A stretch of 64,000 nucleotides of DNA. Origin: Dehalococcoidia bacterium. GTDB lineage: Bacteria > Chloroflexota > Dehalococcoidia > Lucifugimonadales > UBA3495. Position 1 is the stretch's first letter. The number at the start of each line of letters is the position of its first letter. Under the pieces are notes generated by a model. That model saw only the letters and a list, made by a program, of their open reading frames with translations. It ran no database searches and was not told where the DNA came from. The position numbers and the translations under genes are program-made. The stretch lies in the NCBI GenBank assembly GCA_965220265.1, contig CBDCPM010000003.1, positions 23,673 through 87,672 on the forward strand, given 5' to 3'. Positions 43,752 to 52,536 of this stretch are shown in pieces.

Positions 43752-45294
43752 TATAGCTGAGACCTCGGTTTACGAGGTATACCAAGACCAGGATGGAAGC
43801 CTGACGGCGCTAACACATGAGCAGCCCTCTGAAAATGATGATTGCCCTGCTGAATGTGGGGAGAGCAACGACGCCGAGTCCCGGGAAGTCCTCGTCAACG
43901 AGATGGGCGGTCCGGAACCGGAGGAGTTGATCGCCTGGTTGGTGGCCGGAGAATGTCCACTGGATGCTCTGCGGGAATGCGTCAAGTGGATGGAGCAGAT
44001 GTGGCAGAAGCAGGGGCTGCTGGTCGGCGACCATCTTTCGGTGTCGCCCAGCGGTGTGGCCCGCGTGGTCAGGTTCAGACTACCGGTGCTGAAGAGAGAG
44101 TGGGAAGAGCTGCAGGCCCAGGATATTCGTTTCCCGCTGGCACCCGTCGTGAAGGCTTGGAAAGAACGCCCCCAGCTGGTTGAACCTGAACGGCGTGCCA
44201 AAGGTATTATTCCAGCGACCTTCGCTCGGCGGAATGACCGGTTGCCCTTTCTGAATAATCCCCAGCCGCCTGCTTTGCCGGGATTGGTCGAATCAGAAAT
44301 CAGCCAGTCCCATCTTCCCGGATTGATCCCGGACCGGCCTCCGTTACCGGCGCTCCTATCCCTGTACGACCGCGCTGCCGCGCCGCTGAGGCGTGGTCGG
44401 GGCGCGGCCCTGTCGCTACGATTGTTCATCGAGTCCCTCCTCTCTCTACCTGTGGCGGCGCGCGATGGGCGACTGCATGAGCTGCGATTCACGATCAGGG
44501 AAGTTGCTGGTGAATGGCTGGGGTGGAACCTCAAAGACTATCGACCGACCGGCGCACAGAAGGGTTTGGCGCTCCGGCGCGCGGTCAACGAGGTCCGCAG
44601 CATGTTCGTGGATATGCCGCAGGGCGGCCTCTATTATCCAATATCGCCTTTGGCGATCTCCGGGCTGAAGCTTGACGACCAAATGGCTCTGATAGTGTGC
44701 CTGCCATCCGGTTCTGATGTGGGACCGCCAGTGGACCGGCCTATCCTGCGGCAGTTGGGCAAGATCTCCGGCCCAGCATACCGTGCGTACCTTACTTTAT
44801 GTTGCGAGTGGGACCGGGTGGGCGGCCACAATGGCAGGTTAATTCGTCCCACCCGTCCTGGCGTTATGAGAGCTTCCGGTGGTCAGGTGGTGGATGGTCA
44901 GGGTAACGTCGTGCATGGCAAAGGTGAGCGGCCCATTTACTCGCCCTACCATCCCAATGCCATCCGTACTGGCCGGAGCGAAGCGAATCCTGCGCGCTTT
45001 AACTACCGCGAGTATTCTTCGGACGACCTTATCGGTATTTGCTATCCGGCCGAGGTGCTGATTCGAGATTCTGACCTGCGTAAGTACCGACATCGGGCGA
45101 GGAAGGCGGTTATTGACATCGCAGGGATGGGCGGCTGCACCATCGAGCGTCTTGGGAGCAATCCCCGCAACGATGGCCTGCCTTGGAGAGTGATGCCGCC
45201 CGACCCATATTGGCCCCCTGATGTTTACTCTGCCTCACAGCCGGGCGACTCCGACCATCAAGCATTGCCGGTCAACGCTCTCCCTGCCATCTGA
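43732..45294 (+). CDS. hypothetical 520-aa protein; candidate replication initiator (position only)
   Basis: Overlaps the helicase gene by 20 nt. No motif recognised. An iteron-core copy lies 47 nt after its stop. Confidence 0.55.
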   Translation: MLPLRTNIAETSVYEVYQDQDGSLTALTHEQPSENDDCPAECGESNDAESREVLVNEMGGPEPEELIAWLVAGECPLDALRECVKWMEQMWQKQGLLVGDHLSVSPSGVARVVRFRLPVLKREWEELQAQDIRFPLAPVVKAWKERPQLVEPERRAKGIIPATFARRNDRLPFLNNPQPPALPGLVESEISQSHLPGLIPDRPPLPALLSLYDRAAAPLRRGRGAALSLRLFIESLLSLPVAARDGRLHELRFTIREVAGEWLGWNLKDYRPTGAQKGLALRRAVNEVRSMFVDMPQGGLYYPISPLAISGLKLDDQMALIVCLPSGSDVGPPVDRPILRQLGKISGPAYRAYLTLCCEWDRVGGHNGRLIRPTRPGVMRASGGQVVDGQGNVVHGKGERPIYSPYHPNAIRTGRSEANPARFNYREYSSDDLIGICYPAEVLIRDSDLRKYRHRARKAVIDIAGMGGCTIERLGSNPRNDGLPWRVMPPDPYWPPDVYSASQPGDSDHQALPVNALPAI

Positions 45295-45340
45295 TAGAGG
45301 CACAGTAGGGGATGGGTATATTTGAGTAGGGAAAATCGTC

Positions 45341-45360
45341 AAAATGGGACACCAAAACAC
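45341..45360 (-). repeat. isolated inverted copy of the iteron core (one mismatch), just downstream of the 520-aa gene
   Basis: AAAATGGGACACCAAAACAC read directly. Confidence 0.8.
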
Positions 45361-45977
45361 AGGTGTTGCTCTGCAAAGATGGTAGCCGCCATTGGCGTTC
45401 GCCGATGGATGCGGCAGGTATGGTGGATGCTGCGCCAGAGAGCCTGAAGAGGAGCGACTGAACATGGCGATTTGGTGGCCCGGTACAGTAGGGTCGCCGG
45501 CTCTGCGTGATGGACGGCAAGGAGTCGGCATCTGAGCACCGCCTGTCGTCCCACCCACTCATTGGGCGCAGGCGGCCTCGCGATTTCAACATCAATGGCA
45601 GCCGCGCTAGTTTTTGATGGGCCAGCAGGTCAAGGTTGATACGCCTGACGCTCGCGCAGCATGCGCAGGGTTCGCAAGTGTACGTGTCCCACGTCATGTT
45701 TATCCCGCGGGGACAAGGTTCCGTTTTCCGGTCTGGGTGTCGCAACTGTAATTTATCGGGGATGGGACCGGTTTCTAACGTAAAGTTTCGGTCCAAGTAC
45801 GACTGACATCATGGGGATGCGGGATACGGGTGCAATGGTGTAGTGGAACAATTAGAAGTCCTCGATGTATGCGTGGGTATGTGAAGGGGACGCCGTTTCG
45901 TATTTTAAAGCTCTCGGTATCTCCTCTACTTGTCGTCGCGACACCGATGGCAAATTGCCTCAAACCTGTTGGCGGAG

Positions 45978-46050
45978 ATGGTGCAAGCATTGGTGGTATG
46001 TTGATATGGTGCATGGGTAAAGTGGTGCATAGGTACGTTGGCGTGATGCA
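45978..46050 (+). promoter_or_regulatory. cluster of (A/G)TGGTGCA-type repeats upstream of parA (candidate centromere/operator)
   Basis: ATGGTGCA at 45978-45985 and 46006-46013, GTGGTGCA at 46022-46029, GTGATGCA at 46043-46050. A further TTGGTGCATAGG lies at 46946-46957. Confidence 0.5.
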
Positions 46051-46064
46051 GGAGGGCAACAGCT

Positions 46065-46730
46065 ATGCCGGTAATCGCCGTAGTGAACCAGAAGGGTGGC
46101 GTTGGGAAAACGTGTTTGGCTACCAACCTGGCATCCGTTCTAGGCAGCGACGAGCCGGCGGCGCTCCTCCTAGACTGCGATCCCCAGCGCAGCGCAGTGG
46201 GCTGGGGATCGGTGGACCCCCAACCGGATTCGCATCTGACGGTACAGGGTGTGGAAGCGGGAGCGCTGGTCCGCCAGGTGAGAGCAACTGCCGGGGAATA
46301 CCGTTGGATTGTCATAGATTGTCCGCCGGGCATCACCCGCGTGAACGCAGACGCTATCAGGGTGGCCGACGTCGTGCTCATTCCCTGCAAACCGCGGGTT
46401 TGGGACGTGTGGGCCTGTGAGGATATCGTTGCAGCGGTAAAGCTTCGGCAGGCTGGACATGGTGGGTGTCCCAAAGCCGCATTTGTGATCAGCATGGGCC
46501 GGCCCCGCACACGCTTTAGCCAAAGCATTGACGCAGCCCTACAGGAGTTGGGTCTCCCGGTCCTCCAGGCGCGTACCACGGAACGGGAAGCCTATGCGGT
46601 AGCGGCAGGCGAAGGTAAATCTGTGTTGGCTGGCCGGGATCGGGTGGCGCAAGGAGAGATCAGCGGCATCTGCGACGAGATAAAGGAGATGTGTAATGGC
46701 CTTCTCACGAAGACCCGAATCCCCCGATGA
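46065..46730 (+). CDS. parA: ParA-family partition ATPase (small plasmid type)
   Basis: Deviant Walker A VVNQKGGVGKTCLATNLA, then LLDCDPQ and VIDCPPG. Confidence 0.9.
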   Translation: MPVIAVVNQKGGVGKTCLATNLASVLGSDEPAALLLDCDPQRSAVGWGSVDPQPDSHLTVQGVEAGALVRQVRATAGEYRWIVIDCPPGITRVNADAIRVADVVLIPCKPRVWDVWACEDIVAAVKLRQAGHGGCPKAAFVISMGRPRTRFSQSIDAALQELGLPVLQARTTEREAYAVAAGEGKSVLAGRDRVAQGEISGICDEIKEMCNGLLTKTRIPR

Positions 46731-46911
46731 TCAGGAACGGAGAGAGGCATTCCGTGAGCAGGCAGCGGCGCCGGATGTTACCGTGCTTCATTGCCGTATA
46801 CCCTCTGCTGTGCACAGGCGTCTACGCCATCTGGTGGTGGATCAAGATTCCAGCGTGACGGCTATGGTGATTGAGATGCTTGAGGAAGGTCTCCAGAGGC
46901 GAGGTCGTTAA
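46696..46911 (+). CDS. ribbon-helix-helix partition/centromere-binding protein (ParG-like)
   Basis: VTVLHCRIPSAVHRRLRHLVVDQDSSVTAMVIEMLEEGL has an RHH layout. It lies immediately after, and overlapping, parA. Confidence 0.6.
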   Translation: MAFSRRPESPDDQERREAFREQAAAPDVTVLHCRIPSAVHRRLRHLVVDQDSSVTAMVIEMLEEGLQRRGR

Positions 46912-47004
46912 CGAAAACCGCTTGTTGATTTGGTAAATAGGACTTTTGGTGCATAGGTGATCAGGATCAACGGTGAACCGGTGATATGGTAATTGACTAC
47001 ACAA

Positions 47005-47184
47005 CCCTCTCTTGGCCTGGGCGCAGATGGAGTGGCCATCCCGGGCAGCGTCAAACGCGGTGTCCGTCTCGGTGAGACAGACGATGTCCGCAGCGTGCTG
47101 GCCGATGTGGCGCCGCATCTCCTCCGCTTTCCACTTGGCCGCGGCCCATTCGGCATTCCAGTTGAGCAGTTTCAGAGGGATGGA
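47005..47184 (-). pseudogene. endonuclease/exonuclease/phosphatase (EEP) family N-terminal fragment
   Basis: LKLLNWNAEWAAAKWKAEEMRRHIGQHAADIVCLTETD shows the N...E motifs of the EEP N-terminus. The rest of the roughly 250-aa fold is absent. Confidence 0.45.
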
Positions 47185-47587
47185 GCATCGCCGGTCGGGT
47201 CGATGAATGCCGCAACCTGGGTAAATTGCGGCCCGTATATCGGCGGGACGTTGGTCGTCTACGACTGCAACAATGCCAATCTCGCGGGGAGGAGAGCCGC
47301 GGTAGGAATAGAAGTCAACCGCCCGGTTTCTCACGGCGGGCGGGCTCAACCTGATCCGGGTCGGCTGTCGAAGGTCGGCGTCCGGGAGATGCACCTGCGG
47401 TTTGGGACTTTCATAGGCTCTGAGGCGTCCCGAAAGAGGGGTAGAAGTGGGCGACCGTGCGGGTTATTTCCCGTGGTCGGCCAGACCTGAAACTCTGGAG
47501 ATCAGGCCTCTTCGCTGTCTGGACGCGGCGGGCCCATTGTCCTCTCCATGTCAAACCTCAATCCAATCGATCCCTGATCGGCAAAAC

Positions 47588-47745
47588 CATGGGAATGTAC
47601 CCGAGAGAGTTTCCGTCGGGCCGCCGCAAAATACCGAAGCGGCGGGCGGAACTCAAAACCTGCGAGTGACACCGAGGCTTCGAGCGCATCGAGCTGGACT
47701 TGGCCGTATGGACTGGGATCCTCGGCCGCTTCATCAGAAACCTGC
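47588..47745 (+). pseudogene. NERD-nuclease remnant (N1): premature stop, internal deletion, 3' truncation
   Basis: MGMYPREFPSGRRKIPKRRAELKTCE* then, out of frame, ERIELDLAVW..LGRF. DNA identity to the start of the intact gene at 48591 is high. Confidence 0.75.
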
Positions 47746-47869
47746 GTCAGAACGTGTTCGGGCGGAAAAGGGCCGACCGCCCCGGCGCAGGCGGAGCAAA
47801 CACCGGTCCCGTCGATATCCAACGCAAAGACCCCGCGCCGCCCGAGGGCGGCGCCAAGGAGCAGACCCA

Positions 47870-48480
47870 ATGCAACCCGAACATATTTCCTCCTCCCACA
47901 ACGGGAATGCCTCCGACGACCGGGCCACCGGCGTCCTACTGGCCCGCGGCGGCGTGGACGGCGTGTCCGCCTACGTCCTGCGTCACTGGCAGCCCGGTAC
48001 CGACCCGCCGGAGCCGGTGTTCGTCACCTGGCTGCTGAACGCCGGTCGTTTCTGCCTGACGGTGAGATACGGCCGGTTCTCCCTGAAGGGCGGAGAGTGG
48101 TACACCGATGACGGGTCGGGCCCCAGGATCACGCCGTCGCCTCTGGAACAGGCCCGGGTGGAGGCGTTGTTGACCAGGGAGATGCTGGAGGGGAGGCTGA
48201 AGCGTCCGCTGCCGGTTGCGCCGGCCCTGGCCCTCTTCGACATGGACCCCGACCGGCGCATCGAGGGCCTGGCCCGGCGCAGCCGTGTTCCGCTGTGTGG
48301 GACCTGGAGGGCTGCACCGGGCAATTGGCCGATGCCGCGGCCGGAGTCGGGCTGCGCCAGCCGTTGGAAAGGCGGCAGGTCCTGGCGGAGATATCCGCCC
48401 TTATCGAGGGCGCGGCTCCCGTTGGCGCCGGCACATCGCGACCGCCCGGGATCGGCTTCCGAGCCGCACCTTCGCGGTAA
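47870..48480 (+). pseudogene. degenerate NERD-like paralogue (N2) with a 1-nt frameshift at about 48295
   Basis: AAGGAG lies 8 nt before ATG 47870. ...FVTWLLNAGRFCLTVRYGRFSLKGGEWY... The reading frame must shift at CCGCTGTGTGG to continue as WDLEGCTGQLAD.... Catalytic D and K positions are replaced. Confidence 0.65.
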
Positions 48481-48590
48481 TCGGCTGCGATTATGTCACA
48501 CCCCCCAGGACCGAGGGTTCTGGGGGCCCCAATTCAAACCCACCCAATCAGACCCCTGATGGGGGCAAAGCAAAGGAGCAACAACAACCC

Positions 48591-49340
48591 ATGAGAATGT
48601 ATCCACGAGAGTTTCCGTCGGGTCGCCGCAAGAAGCCGAAGCGGCAGGCGGAACGCAAAACCTACGAAGCCCTGGCTGGCAGCGACCGCCGGGGCTTTTG
48701 CTATTACGAGTGGCGCAAAGGCTACGAGCGCATCGAGCTGGACTTCGCGGTGTGGATCGAGGCGTTGGGCCGCTTCGCCCTGCAGGTGAAGGGTGGCCAC
48801 TACCAGATCATCGACGGGGAGTGGTACCTGAAGACCCGCCGGGGGTGGAAGACCATCGGGACCTCCCCGCTGGATGCGGCCTGGCTGGGAGCCCTGGACC
48901 TGCACGACGACATCGCCGAGCGTGCGCGCACCGCCTACAACCCATTCGTCATCCCAGTATTGGTTTTCCCCGACATGGAGCCTGATGAGGCCATCAAAAG
49001 GCTGGCCAGGCGCAAAGGCGTGTACGTCATCTGGGGAACCGAACACCTGATGACCGACCTGGAGAGGATCGTCGGCAGCCGCCGGGTGTCCGACACGCTG
49101 CCGGCGGAGCGCATCGCCGGTGAGGTGTTTGCGGTTACCGACGGGTTGATCCGGCTGAGCCAGGCTGGCGACGCGGTGGCTGGCGACGGAGCTGAGGGGG
49201 AGGTATCGATCTCTGGGCGGGGGCGACCCGGGGTATTGCGGCTGACGGTGGGCGGAACAACCGTCCTCACGATCCGGTCCAGGGCCGTGCGCTGCCGGTT
49301 GGGGGAGCGTATCCGCATTGGGAGGGAGCCCAAAAGGTAG
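48591..49340 (+). CDS. NERD-domain (PD-(D/E)xK) nuclease (N3), intact
   Basis: MRMYPREFPSGRRKKPKRQAERKTYEAL...YERIELDFAVWIEALGRFALQVKGGHYQIIDGEWY shows the E-x-D ... Q-V-K nuclease signature of NERD. Confidence 0.75.
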   Translation: MRMYPREFPSGRRKKPKRQAERKTYEALAGSDRRGFCYYEWRKGYERIELDFAVWIEALGRFALQVKGGHYQIIDGEWYLKTRRGWKTIGTSPLDAAWLGALDLHDDIAERARTAYNPFVIPVLVFPDMEPDEAIKRLARRKGVYVIWGTEHLMTDLERIVGSRRVSDTLPAERIAGEVFAVTDGLIRLSQAGDAVAGDGAEGEVSISGRGRPGVLRLTVGGTTVLTIRSRAVRCRLGERIRIGREPKR

Positions 49341-49388
49341 GTGGCACGCGGTTCGAGTTTCATCCCGAGGGGCGGTATTCACGCACTG

Positions 49389-49430
49389 AAGGCGCCGGTT
49401 GGTCTCAGGGCCACCGGCGCCTTTTCATTT
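49389..49430 (+). terminator. rho-independent terminator-like hairpin after N3
   Basis: AAGGCGCCGGT - 13-nt loop - ACCGGCGCCTT followed by TTCATTT. The 11-bp stem is perfect. Confidence 0.7.
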
Positions 49431-49485
49431 GAAATTACGGGCAGCTCCGCCGGTCACGGTGGCGGCTCGGCCCGTCTCATCTATT

Positions 49486-49513
49486 CCCATGAATCAAATC
49501 CCATGAATCAAAT
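49486..49513. repeat. tandem 14-bp repeat CCCATGAATCAAAT x2, 15 nt upstream of the helicase start
   Basis: Read directly. Confidence 0.9.
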
Positions 49514-49528
49514 CTGGAGCAAATCGAC

Positions 49529-51262
49529 ATGACCAATGAAACGGGCATCGCGCCCGCCATCCTGAGACTCTACCCGGGGCTGGACGCTGGCCAGCGGGAG
49601 CTGATCCGGCGACTGGAGGGACCGGTGCTGGGCATTGCGGGACCCGGCGCTGGCAAGACCCTGTCGGTGGCGCTGCGCGCTGCCAACGTCCTGCTGCTGG
49701 GCAAAGCCGAACCCAGGGAGCTGCTGCTGTGCACCTACAACGCCGACGCGGCCGGGGAGTTGCGTCAGCGGTTGGACGCAGTGGGCCGGGCGGCGGGATA
49801 CGACGGCGACCTCCGGCGCACGCGCGTCTGCACCATCCACAGCCTGTGCAGGCGGCTCCTGGCCGCGTATCCGGAGCGGGTGGGGCTGAGGCGCGGTTTC
49901 CGCCTGCTGGATAAACAGGAGCAGTGGCGGTTTCTGTACGAGCGGTTCGACGAGGTCTTCGGACCCGATCTTCCCGACCTGGCGGGCCGGGGCTGGCGGC
50001 GGCCCCACTCGGTGGTGGGCAACGCTCTCAAGTATTTCGGCCGGATCTGCGACGAGCTGATCCGGACCCGGGACCTGACCCGCTCGCGCAGCCGGTTTCT
50101 GGCGGCCCTGGGGCGTTGCTACCGGCGCTACGAGAACCTGTTGCTGGATGAGAACGCCGTCGACTTCGCCCACCTGCAGGCCTGGGCCGACCTGCTGCTG
50201 GATGACGACGACGTCGCCGACCGGATCTCCGGCGGCGTACGTTACCTGATGTGCGATGAGTACCAGGACACCTCCTACGTGCAGGAGGGCATCCTGCTGC
50301 GGCTGGCGGAGCGCCACGACAACCTGTGCGTGGTGGGCGACGAGGACCAGAGTCTGTACCGTTTCCGCGGCGCCACGGTGCGCAACATCCTGCGGTTTCC
50401 CGAGCGGCTCCTGGGTTGTCATGCCGTGGAGCTCAACGTGAACTACCGTTCCCATCCCGCCATTGTCAGCGCCTATGACCGGTGGATGGCGTCGGCGGAC
50501 TGGAGCAACCCGGACCCGGGTGGCACGCCCTTCCGCCACGCCAAGACCATCATCCCCCACGACCCGAGCCGGTACGACGATTATCCGGCGGTGATCGCTG
50601 TGGAGGGCCAGGACCCTGAGGATGAGGGAAGGCAGCTGGCGGAGTTGCTGCGGTTCCTGAAGGAGTGTGGGGTCATCGCGGGTTACGATCAGGCGGCGCT
50701 GCTGCTGCACAGCGTGGGGAAGTGGGTCAGCAAACCGTACCTGGACAGCCTGGAGTGCGCGGGCGTTCCCGTCCGCTGCGTGCCGGCTGGCTCCGGCCGC
50801 GGGACGGGGGGCCGTAAGCGTGCCGCCGGGGAGTTAACGATCACGACGGTCCACCAGGCCAAGGGCCGGCAGTGGCCGGTGGTGATCGTGGGTTCCCTGG
50901 ACTTCCACGCCTCCAGCGTGGACCCGGTGGGCCGCAGTTTGGCCCGCCACTGCCGGCGGTCGGACTGGGAGCCCGCCCGGCGCATCGCGGCCTTCGACCA
51001 CATGCGCCAGTTCTACGTGGCCTTCTCCCGGCCCCAGGACCTGCTGGTGCTCACCGCCAGCGGCCCGGTGCACCCCCGCTTCGATCCCATCTGGAAGGAC
51101 GCCCCCCGCTGGACTGAAATGGGCCCGACCCCGCTGGCGGAGCTGGCGCGGCAGCGGTTCCGTACCTTGGGAGACGACGTCGGATCGGAGGGAGCAGTCG
51201 CGCCGACACCACAGCGAATGATCTACCGCTTGCGGCGTCTGGACCTGCACATCGGGCGCTAA
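49529..51262 (+). CDS. compact UvrD/Rep-family SF1 helicase (577 aa)
   Basis: Motifs GPGAGKT (I), TYNADAA (Ia), CDEYQDTS (II), VGDEDQSLYRFRGA (III), VNYRSHP (IV), TVHQAKGRQWPVV (V), YVAFSRPQDLL (VI). Confidence 0.9.
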   Translation: MTNETGIAPAILRLYPGLDAGQRELIRRLEGPVLGIAGPGAGKTLSVALRAANVLLLGKAEPRELLLCTYNADAAGELRQRLDAVGRAAGYDGDLRRTRVCTIHSLCRRLLAAYPERVGLRRGFRLLDKQEQWRFLYERFDEVFGPDLPDLAGRGWRRPHSVVGNALKYFGRICDELIRTRDLTRSRSRFLAALGRCYRRYENLLLDENAVDFAHLQAWADLLLDDDDVADRISGGVRYLMCDEYQDTSYVQEGILLRLAERHDNLCVVGDEDQSLYRFRGATVRNILRFPERLLGCHAVELNVNYRSHPAIVSAYDRWMASADWSNPDPGGTPFRHAKTIIPHDPSRYDDYPAVIAVEGQDPEDEGRQLAELLRFLKECGVIAGYDQAALLLHSVGKWVSKPYLDSLECAGVPVRCVPAGSGRGTGGRKRAAGELTITTVHQAKGRQWPVVIVGSLDFHASSVDPVGRSLARHCRRSDWEPARRIAAFDHMRQFYVAFSRPQDLLVLTASGPVHPRFDPIWKDAPRWTEMGPTPLAELARQRFRTLGDDVGSEGAVAPTPQRMIYRLRRLDLHIGR

Positions 51263-51363
51263 CGCCGCGCCGACGCGTTGTTGACACGTCCGGACGGCGA
51301 CCCCAAGAGGGGTTGCCGAAATCCCATCCCGCCGAAATCCCATCCCAAGGAGGTGACCACACC

Positions 51364-51450
51364 ATGAAGCAACACCCAGCCGGTGGCAATACCTGGCCGA
51401 GAGGGCCGCCGGTGATTGCCGGCCGTCCGGCGCGCACGCCAGCCGCATGA
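51364..51450 (+). CDS. possible 28-codon upstream ORF with a strong SD
   Basis: AAGGAGG lies 8 nt before ATG 51364. It is preceded by the tandem repeat GCCGAAATCCCATCC x2 (51315-51345). No homology basis. Confidence 0.25.
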   Translation: MKQHPAGGNTWPRGPPVIAGRPARTPAA

Positions 51451-51522
51451 CCGCGGGAGGTCTGACGCGCCCGGCCGGAACCCCCACGGAACCCCAACAG
51501 CGCCTGGTGTGCGGATGCCGCG

Positions 51523-51560
51523 GGCCGACCTGGAAATGCCCAGGTCGGCCCGTTTTCGTG
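51523..51560 (+). terminator. terminator/attenuator-like hairpin upstream of N4
   Basis: GGCCGACCTGG - AAATGC - CCAGGTCGGCC followed by CGTTTTCGTGTG. The 11-bp stem is perfect. Confidence 0.6.
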
Positions 51561-51614
51561 TGTCTGTGGACTGGGCGCAACTTCAAAATCACACTCCTCA
51601 AAGGAAAAAACAGC

Positions 51615-52319
51615 ATGAAAGTCGCGAAAACCAACAACAACACAAACACCATGACCCTGGCCGAGCTGGAAGCCCTGGCCCAGTTCGAGGCCAGCGAGCG
51701 GAAGGGCCAGGCGGTGTTCCACCCGTGGGTGGGGCCGGGGTCGCCGGCCCCCCACTGCGTGGTCCTGCCGAAGGACCTCACCCGCATCGCGGTGACCTAC
51801 CTGGACGGCGAGCACTGGGTCCAGGACGGCCGGTGGTACCGCCGCGACGACGATGGCACGGAGACGCCCATCGACGACGTACTGGAACGCTGCTGGCAGG
51901 CGGCCATGGCGGTCCGTTCCCGGCTCAAGAAGCAGCTGGGCATCAACGCGTACGTCGTGGCGGTGGCGGTGTTCCCCACCATGAAGCCCGACGAGAGCAT
52001 CCTGGCCGCGGCGGCCAGCCGCGGCACCCGGGTGCTCTTCGGGATGGACGACCACGTGGAGCGTCTGGCGGCCCTGCCTGGAGAGCAGGACCTGCAGCAC
52101 CCGCTGCAGGCCCGCTACATCCCCGACGAAGCGGAGGCGCTGAGCCGCCCGCCGGCCACGGCCGCGGCGGAACCGGAGACGGCGTCCCTGGACGTTGGCG
52201 ATGGCCGCGTGGTGATCCACGCTGGCACCGTCCACCTCCACCTGCACATCACCATCGTGGCCGCTCCCAACGGCGGCGACGACGACGGGGATGAGTTGCC
52301 GACCGTCCGGGTCTGGTAG
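51615..52319 (+). CDS. degenerate NERD-like paralogue (N4), intact ORF, catalytic residues not conserved
   Basis: ...HCVVLPKDLTRIAVTYLDGEHWVQDGRWYRRD...YVVAVAVFPTMKPDESI... is collinear with N3 and N2 but lacks the D and K of the nuclease motif. AAAGGA lies before ATG 51615. Confidence 0.65.
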   Translation: MKVAKTNNNTNTMTLAELEALAQFEASERKGQAVFHPWVGPGSPAPHCVVLPKDLTRIAVTYLDGEHWVQDGRWYRRDDDGTETPIDDVLERCWQAAMAVRSRLKKQLGINAYVVAVAVFPTMKPDESILAAAASRGTRVLFGMDDHVERLAALPGEQDLQHPLQARYIPDEAEALSRPPATAAAEPETASLDVGDGRVVIHAGTVHLHLHITIVAAPNGGDDDGDELPTVRVW

Positions 52320-52332
52320 GCAGTGGGAGGAC

Positions 52333-52367
52333 ACGCCCGGGCATTGCTCGCCGCTCTGCCCGGGCGT
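52333..52367 (+). terminator. hairpin after N4 (ACGCCCGGGCA - 13 nt - TGCCCGGGCGT)
   Basis: Perfect 11-bp stem. The downstream T-tract is weak (TCCGCTTATT). Confidence 0.5.
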
Positions 52368-52536
52368 TCCGCTTATTGGCGGTATGGCCGCAGGATGTCA
52401 GCTACGCCGATCTCCTGCGGCCGCGCCGCATTTTCGAGGCGTCGGCTTCACCCCATGATCACTGGTCCATCGGCGCAAGGCGGCGAGCGAACCAGCCGAT
52501 GGTCCACGTCCCGTTTTACTCAGAGCCGAGGCTCTG

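Noticed and set aside
46993-47490. 165-aa plus-strand ORF opposite the EEP fragment.
   Set aside because: The translation has no motifs. The minus strand shows the EEP N-terminal signature, so the plus-strand ORF is taken as its shadow.
47447-48559. 370-aa ORF from the track, treated as a single gene.
   Set aside because: It is a composite. Its first 140 codons are an R/P-rich read-through of the N1 remnant region. Only the part from ATG 47870 resembles NERD paralogues, and that part needs a frameshift at about 48295.
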